Origin: Thalia democratica
Taxonomy: Eukaryota
DNA: 64,000 bases
Reading direction: 5' to 3'
NCBI GenBank assembly: GCA_965202585.1
Contig: OZ241826.1
Span: 91,822,001-91,886,000, forward strand
This document shows positions 13,937-24,450 of the stretch, one piece after another. The position numbers and the translations under genes are program-made. The notes under the pieces are model-generated. The model saw nothing but the letters and a program-made list of their open reading frames with translations, made no database searches and had not been told where the DNA came from. Within the stretch, counting starts at the first letter, position 1. Each line of letters opens with the position of its first letter.

Positions 13937-14449
13937 TACCAAAGGCTTGTGGGCTGATGATCGAACTGTACTATTTAAATAGTTAATTTTTTTGTTGGTG
14001 TGACGTTAAATTTAGGGATTATATTTTACGATAACCTTTCATATACTATCTATGGCTGCTAAATAAGCATGGTTAACATTGAATTATCATTTTCAAACAG
14101 TATATAAAAAACTTATTAATAAAATATACGGTGTACTAAATTCGATTGCAAAATAATAATTTAAGTAATTTCACAAATAGCATACAAACTGTTTTATAAC
14201 AAAATATAGTTTGACTAGGTAATAAAAGTTAACTCAAAAGGTGTTATTTAAAGAAATATTTTTTGAAGTTATCCTTGATAAGAAATAGTTTTTTTTAAAT
14301 GGTTAAATACTTTATCTATATTTTAAATATAAAACTTGAACAAAATGACTTGTAAGTAGTCACTTTTAAATATATATATAAATTAACGTATAACTGCTAT
14401 TCACTTTGACTTTTTAGGTTTATTACACTTTTGTCTACCTATTATAATT

Positions 14450-14620
14450 AACCCATTACTGCAGAATTGAAAAACCTGATCAAAAGCTTGTTTGAAATGA
14501 TAACATTAAGCATTTTTCAGCGATTTGACTACAGTAACATTGGACTGTGTTCTTAATTGGTCAGGACAGTGGTTCTAGAACTGTTTGTTCAGAACTTCTG
14601 TCCAACACAGCAAACTAAAT
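14450..14620 (-). mobile_element. Possible decayed LINE RT fragment
   Basis: Minus frame HCPDQLRTQSNVTVVKSLKNA*CYHFKQAFDQV resembles the DFxKAFDxV motif and its upstream context. Short and stop-interrupted. Confidence 0.3.
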
Positions 14621-15563
14621 ACATTGTGACTTTTTAAGGCAGAGTTAAAAACTAAACCAAGTAGTTTATCATTTAATACACCTTGTTTTGTATCATATAC
14701 CATTTTGTTTTGAAAATTTAGTCTTAAATTTTCTGTCTAATTAGGGTTAGCACTCGTATAACTACTTTTAATAAGTAATTTTAAATTGTTATGGTGAACT
14801 GTTATTTTTAATTGTTAAATTTGAAAAACTTCAACTCGATTGGACAATTTTAAATAAAAAAAAAATTCTGATTACTCTAACAATCTAATTAGTTTTTGTA
14901 GCAGTTAGGCTGATTTAGGTTTAAGTAAAAAAGAATTATGTTCTTTCGAAAATTACTATTAAGTTTTTGACGAATTATTTTTACTTAATTACGATTATTT
15001 TAATGTAAATAATAACATAGACATTCAACTAATATATTTCCTTAAATGTTACCAATATTTTTTACGAAAAAAGTAAACATTGAAAAATAATTCAAATATT
15101 ACATAAAAATGGCTCTAGGTCTAGCCTAATTTTGAGGAGCTTAAGCTATAAGTTAAGAGCTTTAAACATACTTTTAAAATTTTCTTTCGAAATAGTTCTA
15201 AAATGCTTCTCTTAAATTTTTTTGGTTTTCAATTGTGGTGATAAAATTTATTTTAGGAATAAGAAGAAACAAAACACATTTAACAATTACAATTTATTTT
15301 GCGTTTTCAAAATCTCTCATTTTCAAAGGTCTACAAAAATTAGCAAATTTAGTTTTTATTAGTAAAACTTTACTTAAAATATCACTTTAAATAAGTACTT
15401 TTCAGATACTGTTAGCCAGATTGCGAAGGCTAATTGCCATTTTACTAGTAAAGCTTTTGAATTACAGATTTCAAACAACATTCCTCAAACTAGTGGTAGA
15501 TTTTAATTGAACAATAACAAAAATGGTATTATTTAAAAGTTTTATACGATATAAAATATGATG

Positions 15564-15891
15564 CAAGGGGTCGGCAGTCTTTAGTAAGTCACGGGCCAAT
15601 TTTCATTAAAAAAATTTATCACGGGCCGCATTGTATAAAAAAAAGTCTTCTTAAGCCGTTGTTATGTAAAAACAGCTTTAATATTCAATACAAGAATATT
15701 ATTTTAAAGACTAAAAATTACAAAATAAATCACATAGATCACTAGTAAAGAGTAGTAAATAAACTAAGAGCCTATTTGTAAGTTTTTTTGTATTACAAAA
15801 GAAAGCTTTGAGCTAAAAAGCACCTCGCGGGCCGCAGGTTTAGGCTCTAAGGGCCGCATTTGGCCCACGATCCGCAGTTTGACGGCACCTG
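15564..15891. mobile_element. hAT-type MITE
   Basis: CAAGGGGTCGGCAGTCT ... AGTTTGACGGCACCTG termini, subterminal CGCGGGCCGC/GGGCCGC repeats, 8-bp flanks ATATGATG / CTATACTG (5/8). Confidence 0.65.
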
Positions 15892-16194
15892 CTATACTGT
15901 TTAAAAAAAAAAGCGTATTAAGTATGTATAAATGTGTAAGCTGTGAATCTGGTGTCAGAACAAATGCCAATTTTATATTTCTTCAGACAGTTAAACAGTT
16001 TTATTCAATAAGAAAAACTATGTAGCTCAGAAATAGACTGTCAAATGAAGTATAAACCAAACTATTTATTCGAAAAGCTTTCATCATTTATTTGACAGTA
16101 TCAATAAAGTAAACGGCTTTTTCTTTATGAATAAAAATTCATTCATAAAGAAAAAAGCTGTTTAATAATCAATAACTTCATGTCGACTTTAAAC

Positions 16195-16300
16195 CTAATG
16201 AGATGCTTCAGCGTGCCTTTAGTTGCTCTCTGCTCGCTTATCACCTGCTAGCTTGCCAGGGTAAAGTAGAGGAATATTATTGAAAGGAGCAGAAGCGCAT
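16195..16300 (-). pseudogene. Decayed signal-peptide exon, possibly the original first exon of the adjacent trypsin-like gene
   Basis: With one frameshift after ATG: M-x-LLLLSIIFLYFTLAS*QVISEQRATKGTLKHLIR, then AG|GTTTAA. An acceptor-like GGTCAG lies 21 nt before the ATG. Confidence 0.35.
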
Positions 16301-16882
16301 TTTGCAATTTTTCAGGAAAAACTGACCGAAACTGATGTTGTCAGAAATATTGATGCTTTTTTTGTAAAACTATGGTTTCCATGGTCAATATTGGCAGTAA
16401 TGGATTTAAAAAGGGTGCTTACCACTTTTGAACTTAAAAAAAAAATTGTATATTCAGTTACTTTCTAAGTTTTTGTTTTTATTTTTTCATTTTTGTTTTA
16501 AAGTTAGCTCAAAGAATTAGTTACAAGTAAATGGTGTGCAGCTCGATGACCGAAAGGTCTTTCTCCACACCAATCCATTGACCTTAGTTGTGAGCGTTCA
16601 CATTTTTCTTTCTTTCTTTCTTTCTTTTGACAAAAACTAATTTAAGAAGATCGCTTTTTTATGACGTAGTTTTAAAGTTTTTATTTATAAAAAGCATATT
16701 TTAGTTCAACATAAAGAATAATGTCGCAGTTTACACATTTAAGCTTTAACATTTTTGATAAATTTTTGACCAGCTTGAGTCTTTTTTAATATTTTTAAAT
16801 TTTGGGCTACCTAAATGTATATTAGTCTGGTTCTTGGTCACTCGGACTGGCTTTTTACCTCAAAGAGTGACAAACTTTAAAT

Positions 16883-16950
16883 CAGCAATTCTTAACCTGG
16901 AGTAAATTTACCCCAGGTTTAAATACTCTTGTTTTAAAGGTGATTTTCTT
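16883..16950. mobile_element. 5' fragment of the MITE family at 20403-20707
   Basis: CAGCAATTCTTAACCTGGAGTAAATTTACCCC resembles CAGCGGGGTTCTTATCCTGGGGTAAACTCCC. Confidence 0.5.
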
Positions 16951-16984
16951 CCTCAAAACTAGCTACTAACGCAACTACCTCATA

Positions 16985-17763
16985 CGGAATCAAGCTGTAA
17001 CTGTCTTATAACAGCTCGCACATCCGTTCCCGCGCTTACCTCGTAGCTGTGCACTGCGGGAAGCCTCCAACCGTGGAAGAAAACGGGGTGGAAGCACGAG
17101 GGAGCACACTTTCCACTGGGTGGAGGTGTTGGCAGGGACGAAGGACTGCAACGACAAGAATGAGAAAGCGCAGCTGATCGGTGCAAGAGAAGAATGGATT
17201 TTTCGTGAAAAATTTTGCATGAAAAGTTTGAAAATTTACGACTTGGCGCTCACTCACTTGAAAAAAGCCTTCGATGAAACAAACACCGTAAAACCCGTCA
17301 AATTGCTGGAAATTGGGATGAAGTTTGAAGGTGACGTCAAGTGCGTCGTGCAGGGGTGGGGGTGCAATAAAGTGATCGATGTTGATCACTTTTTGATTTC
17401 GATATATGCAAATTAACTGCTCAACAAAGCGAGGCGGGGAAGAGGTAATTTTCTAAAAGGAAAAAAAATGCGGCCACTACGCTAAAAACAAACGTTAAAA
17501 TTTTTGGTAACATTTTGCATTTTTCTTTCGGATGCTTGAGGCCCGGGGAGTCGGCGTTGGGACCGCAGTGTGCGCTCTCGACGGAGGAGAATACCCTTTG
17601 TATGATGGTTGTCGTGTTCGCAGTGCACAGCTACGGGTGCGCGGAGGTTAGGTAAGAAGAGTATTGGGGATGTACGGGATGGGTTGACGGTGGATTAGAG
17701 GAGCAAAAGTTTGGAGTTGTTCCGCACTTGGTCGTTGCGGTGATACCTGGGTGGTACATTTAA
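16985..17763 (+). pseudogene. Trypsin-like (S1) serine protease pseudogene; catalytic domain apparently without introns
   Basis: Across frames: LVAVHC (His motif), YDLALTHL (Asp), VKPVKL, CVVQGWG, KCGHY, FC...DA*, PGESALGPQC (Ser motif), AVHSYGC, PGWY. Several stops and frameshifts. Confidence 0.8.
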
Positions 17764-20402
17764 ACGGGGAGGCTGCAGGATGTTGTGACAATTTTCTGTT
17801 ATTGGTGCGAATTTGTTTGTTGAGTTCAAAGTTAAATTTGGAACTTATATTTTTCAAAACTGTGCTTAAACTTTTAAAACAGTAATCGCAACGTGAAAAA
17901 TGGGATTGAAACTTTAAACTCTTGACTTGAGTAATATGGAGTGATGAATTAGCAAAACTAGAAGAATTTGTTATTTAGATTTTTATTAAAACTGATATAC
18001 ATAAGATGTATATTTTATAATAAAACGTTTTTATTTTTAAAAAATTATCATTCAAAAAAAAATGTACAATATAGATCAGTAGTGCAGACTGATATTTTAC
18101 CCTTTTTTGAATTACTAAAAGTAACTTAAAATAATAAAAAATATGTAGTTCATTTTGTTTGAATTCATCCCTGTTAGTTTATTTTGCTTTTTTTTATGCA
18201 GACCATTTTAGTAATTTTCCCATATTAACTTTTTTCTCAACATTGATCATTTTGTAACATTCTTATTGATTTGAAGTCTGATGACTAAATAAAGAACTCA
18301 TTGGTAGTAACCACCTACTGACAGAAAATATTAGTTTTTAAATTTTGTTTTTTTAAACAATTATTATTGTTTACATTATTCAAGTTTAAATCAAATGACT
18401 AATTTGTTAATTTAATAAAAATTTGGAATAAAATAAAATCTCATGAAAGCTTCAATTTCACTTAATTCAGGTTTAAAATTGAATTGAATAATATTGTATT
18501 AAAAAAAAATATTAACATTTTTCAATTAACAATACTTCGCTTGAAAAAATAAATTCTTGTTTTATGAAAATGGAAATGACAAATGCTAAACACTTTAACC
18601 ATAATGCTAAAGTTTTTTTTTGTATACTATACTTTAAAAAATATCAGTACTACATTTCATTAATAAGTACAGTTTGAAAATAAGCTTCCATGTATAATTA
18701 CTACTAAAACCATGCATATATCTAACAACTGTAAATTTTATTACAGCCTTTTGTTAACACTTAACTTCAGTGCAATCATTTTATTTACTATAACATAGTC
18801 ACTTTTAAAATTTAAAATTATTCCAAATTTAATGTCTCCATTTGATATTTTACTTAAACTCAACTTTTTATAGAAAATAATTACTGAAGGTTATTTCTTT
18901 TGTAATTTATAAAAGTTAAAAATCATGAAACATGTTAGGAAGGTAGACTTAAATTTTTTTACTACAAACTTGTCAAACACATAGGCTAGTTTGAGCTTTT
19001 TTGAAAAACTTAGGCTTACTCATATTTTTTAAAATTTTTTCCTATATCTTTACTAGTTTGGAATTTAATTTTTGAATTTTAGGCTTGCATTTATTACCAT
19101 GAAATTTATTTTGAAGGTTGTTTTTTTTTTAATCCTAGCTATGTATTAAGTCCTTATTTTTATTATGACAGTTTTTGGCATCTAAATTTAACTAGCTGAT
19201 TTTTTTTCAGGTTTTTGCTTGTACTTGTTTTTTTTTTTTTAAACTCAAGATAAATCAGGCTACTATTTGGACACTAAAAATATCTTTTTTAAGGCGGTAG
19301 CTCTGTTAAGTTAAGATCCAGTTTAAACTTTTATAATGGTTTAAGGTTGCCACACACTCAAACTAACCTAGTCTTTTTTTTTTTTGAAAAATTAAGACTA
19401 CTTAGGAAGTAAAATTTTAGCTAGGTTTTGAATTTATCTGGAAAAACTTTGAAAACTTTAAAAACTCAGATGAGCTTAAATTACTTTGAACTTTGTTTAG
19501 TAAATTTAAAAAATCAGACTAGTTACTTATTTTGAAGAGATTTAAGCTAGTTTTATGAACTTAGACCTATTTTTCTTCTTAAGATTAATGTTTGAATTTA
19601 CTTATGTTAAAGCATTAAGCATTAAATAAATTTTTTGATCTACTACTATACTTTCTATTTAAAATGTTTTTTTTTATTTAAAGAGTATAAATTTAAGATT
19701 ATTAATTTATAGTGGTGCAATGTTAAAATGACCAAATTACAAATAATTTTGTGAAACTCATACAACAAATAATTACTACAGCTAGGTTCTTTTATCATAT
19801 TTAATTAAAAATAACTAAGCTTGGTTTTTAAGATGTTTAAAAGCATAATGACCTTTTTGTAGTTATATTAAGATAAAGGTTTACTATTGAATACTTAAAA
19901 AAAAACAGTGTTTTAACTGTAATAAATTTTTTAATATATTTAGAAAAAACCTAAAAAATAACTCTAACTTAAAATACAAGGTCAACTTTTCTTCTTCTAA
20001 GAACTTATTAAATACTTTTTTTACAAATATATAAAAGTGTGTTGTTATTTTAAAGACAGGGTTGACACGCTACTAAGAATATCTTAAGCCAGTTTAACAT
20101 TTTTGAAAAACTCAAGTTTGAACTTTTGTTTAAAACTTTGACTAGTTTTGATGTTTTTCATTTATTCTAGTAAGGTTTTTTTACTTTAAACTTCTTAAAG
20201 ATTTTTTCTTAAAAGCTGTGTTTTTTAAATTCTTTTGTTAATGTTTTATTGTTTTATGACAGCTTCTTTTAAACAGCTTTATTTCTAATATTTTTTACTA
20301 CTTGGCTCATAATTTAATTATATCATAAACTCAAGCAAGCATGAAGTAAACCCAGGCTGAATTTTTACTTAAAAGGGTTACAATCATGAAATGATTCTAA
20401 AC

Positions 20403-20707
20403 CAGCGGGGTTCTTATCCTGGGGTAAACTCCCTTGTTTTAGGGGGTAAATTTTCTTAATTGGAAGTTGTGTAAATTCATATTTATTAGTAATCATTTTA
20501 GTCTTTAATTTAGTATTTAACTGAAGTTTTAAATCTTACGATTATTGACATTAAATAAGCATGATCTTCAAAAAATTTAGTTTTTCCTCCACAAAATTAA
20601 AATTGCATATTGAATGTAAATTTGGTCATTACATTCTAAAAAGAGGTAAATTTCGTATTAAACTTTCAAATATGGTGAAACTCGAAAAAGAAAGTTGAAA
20701 ACCGCTG
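20403..20707. mobile_element. hAT (Charlie-like) MITE with target-site duplication
   Basis: CAGCGGGGTTCTTA ... GTTGAAAACCGCTG, flanked by TTCTAAAC / CTCTAAAC (7/8). Confidence 0.8.
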
Positions 20708-20936
20708 CTCTAAACTAACTAGTGTGTTTAATTACAAACATTGAACATTTTAACCTAAAAACGTTTTACAGCCAACTAAATCATAGATTGTGTATATGTT
20801 CCGTTTGTTAACTATTTAAAACTCTAAAACAGCAAGAAGTGGTTTTCTTTTAGCTTCATGGAATAAAAGAACCTTAAGCTACATTATCAACTCATGACAA
20901 CCACTGAATTTTTTTAACCGTATCTGACGAACAACA

Positions 20937-21349
20937 CAGGGTTGCTAAAGAACCTAGAATTCAGGAAAAACCTGGAATTTGACAATTTAGGCTAAAAAAA
21001 CCTGGAATTTTGAACAAACAATAACTAAGAAACCTTGAATTTTAGACTGAGATCACCAAAAAATTAGAAAATTCTGGAATTTAAACAATTTTTACATGTT
21101 AAAATTTAATATTTTGACCTGACACAAAAATCTATCATAAAGATAAAGTTTTTTGTGAACATCAGACTCTTTAAAAACATTTTAAGGAAGCTTTAAGAAG
21201 TCTTTTAACTTTCGTTGTACTTTTTACAAAATGTTTTACCATAAACTTAATTTCAAACTAAAAATAGATTTTAAAACGTTTAATTATAAAAATCAGGATG
21301 AAATTTAGAAAACCTGGAAAAAATTTGCCAAAATCCTTTTGCAACCCTG
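20937..21349. mobile_element. CAGGG-TIR MITE
   Basis: Perfect CAGGGTTGC/GCAACCCTG termini and repeated AAACCTGGAATTT subterminal motifs. No clear TSD. Confidence 0.7.
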
Positions 21350-22269
21350 ATAAAGTCTTTTGTGATGAAACATTTTTTGTTTCGTTTTTGGTTGGACAAT
21401 TGTTTTTCAAAAAGAAAATAATCACCAAATAAAAGATTACACTGTCCTGGAAAAAACATTAAACTGTATCCTTGGTTAATGACTCGATAACCGAATGGTT
21501 TTTACGTACACTGAGTCGTTGGATAGGTTTACGATTTTTGGGCGCTTTTTTGTCGTATAATTAATAATTACAGCTTTCAATTAGATGCATTATTATATTA
21601 AAAATAAAGAAAAATAAGACAGCTGATTTTTGATAGGTATTGTGAAAATGTAATTTTAATAACATCGGAATACGTGAGCGATATAAACAGAACTTCATTG
21701 TTAAAAACATTAAGTTTAATAAAATTGTTTTTCAATTTTTAAAGGTTTAAATGTAAAAATTGACTAAATTCAATGCGTATAAAATTGGAGTAGTTTTCTG
21801 ATAAAAACAAATAAAGTTGTTTAGGTCTTCCTACTACTACCGGCTCACTAAATTAAAAGCTTGGGGTGCACATACTTTTTTTGCAGCTAAGCATGCACAG
21901 ATTTCAATAACTGTGAAGACTACTAGTTTAATCAAGGTATATTATCGTATATCTTCGTATGAGTTTTTTAAATAATTTTTGCATAGTTTAATAAAATTTA
22001 ATCTTCATTTTCCATATATTTGTCTATTGACATTCTGTTATGTTTAAAAATTACTATCTTTAGATATAATAAAAACAAACTATACAGTATCTTCTTTTAA
22101 AAGCTCTACTTTATTGATATTACATTGAAACTATAAAGAAGGCATTAAAAATTTAAATTATTATGAAAACAAATTTATTAGTTCATCTGTATTAGGAAAG
22201 AAATTAATAGTAACAATTGTTTTAGCAGATTTTAAGCACTAAAATGTATAAAACCAAAAAACAAAAGTT

Positions 22270-22376
22270 TGAAAAATCTGCAGTTCGGCAAAGCTTTCTG
22301 CAATCATGCAGACAAAACGCTTTAAACAAGTTGGAAGAAGAAAATTCGGAAACAGTGAAAGTTCACGGAACAAATG
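22270..22376 (+). pseudogene. Probable BTB-coding exon of a decayed BTB-kelch gene
   Basis: FEKSAVRQSFLQSCRQNALNKLEEENSETVKVHGTN, then G|GTAAT. Phase 1 joins in frame with the acceptor at 23568. Confidence 0.4.
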
Positions 22377-22479
22377 GTAATATTATAAGTTTATATTTAC
22401 TAGTATTTTGTCAATTATAAATAATTTCTTAAACATCAAACAAATTTCTATAACATTAACTTTAAGTCAAAAAATTACC

Positions 22480-22900
22480 TAACCTATCCCTCGGTCGGTA
22501 ATTTTTTTTCTTATTATTTTTTGTAATATTTTTCATTTTAGTTTTATTTTTTGATCAATAGTATCTATAAAGTTTTTTTTATTATTAACATTTTTTTCTA
22601 TTACTGTTATCCCTGTACCTTACCGTCGGTCGGTTTTTTTTTTATTTTTTGCTTTTTTGTTAGTTTATTTTTGTTTTTTATTTTTATAGTTTATTATTAT
22701 TTTTTCGCTATTTCTTTTTACTATAAATGTTACCCCTAACCCTTAATTCGGTCGTTAACTTTTTATTGTTTTGGTTTTTACATTGCCTTTTTCATTTTTT
22801 TAAATTATTTTTTTTTACTCTCGTGTAAATAAGACACTTCTTGCAAAAGTGACTCTCCGTGCTTATTTGACCTTTTGTGCAAAAGTTACTTAGTGTATGT
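22480..22900. repeat. Three ~125-bp T-rich units each headed by CC(T/C)..ACC...TCGGTCG, followed by TGCAAAAGTGAC-like motifs
   Basis: Heads near 22488, 22611 and 22733 with strong T skew between them. The TGCAAAAGTGAC motif recurs near 25217. Confidence 0.5.
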
Positions 22901-23087
22901 TTGAGCCGGCCCAGTGAATAATGTTTATACTATTCTATATAGTCTAAATTGCATGGAGGTATATTAAACTTTATTTAATAGTTTTATGTATTGTAATTTT
23001 TACTGTTTACTTACAATTTCAATGAAAAGGCACGTATGTAAATTTGAATGTAGTTTTCAATAAATAATAAACTTTACCTCACGACTG

Positions 23088-23165
23088 TCAACAGCAGCAC
23101 CCGAAGCAACTTAAGACCGGTTTCGTCCTTTTTAGGACTCATCAGTCGCGAGAAGCTGCTGTTGA
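23088..23165 (-). ncRNA. Minimal type I hammerhead ribozyme with canonical core (23115-23145)
   Basis: Minus strand CTGATGA-GTCC-TAAAAA-GGAC-GAAA-CCG-GTC, flanked by an 11-bp inverted repeat TCAACAGCAGC/GCTGCTGTTGA (23088-23098, 23155-23165). Confidence 0.75.
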
Positions 23166-23568
23166 GGTCAAACCAATCGGTATTACGTGTGTATTCACTG
23201 AAACGACCGTTTGTTGGTAAATTGCAATAAATTGACGCAGCCAAATCCTTCACAGCTCAACGTCTGACATATTGTCAGCTTATTGCGAGAATTTAGTCTC
23301 CGCTCCTTTGATCAGTTTTAATAATTATTTATTTCGGCCATTATCAACAAAGTTGAGAGTATAAATAGAGGTAAAGTTAATTGTTTATTGCTAATGGCGC
23401 GAAACAACTCAACTTTGTTGATGATAGCTAAAATAACTACTTGTTATTTTCGGACAATTAGATGCTTGTATTAGAAACAAATTTATCTTAATAAAAATAA
23501 CATTGAATAATATTAGATAAATAATGAAACTATAAAGAACATCAAATAGATCTAAAACATTTTTTCAG

Positions 23569-24450
23569 ACGAAAAAAAGACAAAAACAACAAAACTTATT
23601 TCACAGTTGAAAGTGAACAAACTTTTATTAGATGGGAAGCCTCAAACCACAACACTAGAAACCATAGAAAACAATACAACATCAAATAACATACTTATTT
23701 GTTTACACTTAGCAAAGTTGTACAATTTGGATGGACATTTTCTGGCCGAAAAAATGGCTTCTATAAAAATGGAAATGGGCTGTAACTCATTTGCAAAAAA
23801 TCGGAAGTTAATACGTTTGAACGGCGAAGTTTACGCGTTTGGAGGTTACGACGGCAATAATACTTATGTGAGCGAGATATCTAAATACACGCCTCACACT
23901 GAACCTAATTGGAGCGCAGTTGCAGTTATTTTCCATGAAGAGTATTGTGCTTGTGGATTTGCAAATGAAATTTTTCTCATGGGAGGTGTTTACAACGGAA
24001 AGGTTACTAACAATGTTTGTTGTCTGAAATTAGAACTTGAAAGAGAACTAACAGAACTTGCGGGAATGATGGAGCCAAGATACTCAGCAGCATGTGCAGT
24101 TTTTGACAATAGAATTGTAGTTGCTGGTGGAATTGGTGCAAAACAAGAAAAAATGAAGACGGTAGAGTCTTATGATGTTCACAGTGACACGTGGACACCA
24201 TTGCCAAGCATGATAAACAGCAGAAGTGACCACAGTTTAGTTGTCGTCAATAACAAGTTGTTTGTAGTTGGTAAATTACAAGACGCGATCGAGGTCTACG
24301 ACAAAATATGTGCAAGGTTTGTTTATTTTAAACCAACACCGCTGTCTAAGCAGTTTTTACCGGATGTACATGCTGAGAGATAAACTACTCTGACTTTTGA
24401 CGTGGAGTCACTATTTGAACATACCAGAACCGGTTTTTCTTTGTAAACTA
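23569..24450 (+). pseudogene. Kelch-repeat (BTB-kelch-derived) gene, internally deleted, probably a pseudogene
   Basis: ORF to stop 24383: BTB-end-like CLHLAKLYNL, then VYAFGGYDG, IFLMGGVY, IVVAGG, KLFVVG kelch blades. No BACK domain. Family-like C-terminal sequence (TLTFDVES) continues in another frame after the stop. Confidence 0.7.

Noticed and set aside
18277-18290. CTGATGA here and at ~60297 (minus) as further hammerheads
   Set aside because: No stem II or GAAA follows. The two sites are simply duplicated flanks.
22551-22739. Phe/Ile-rich ORF resembling a membrane protein
   Set aside because: Artefact of T-rich repeat sequence. The same applies to 49739-50038.
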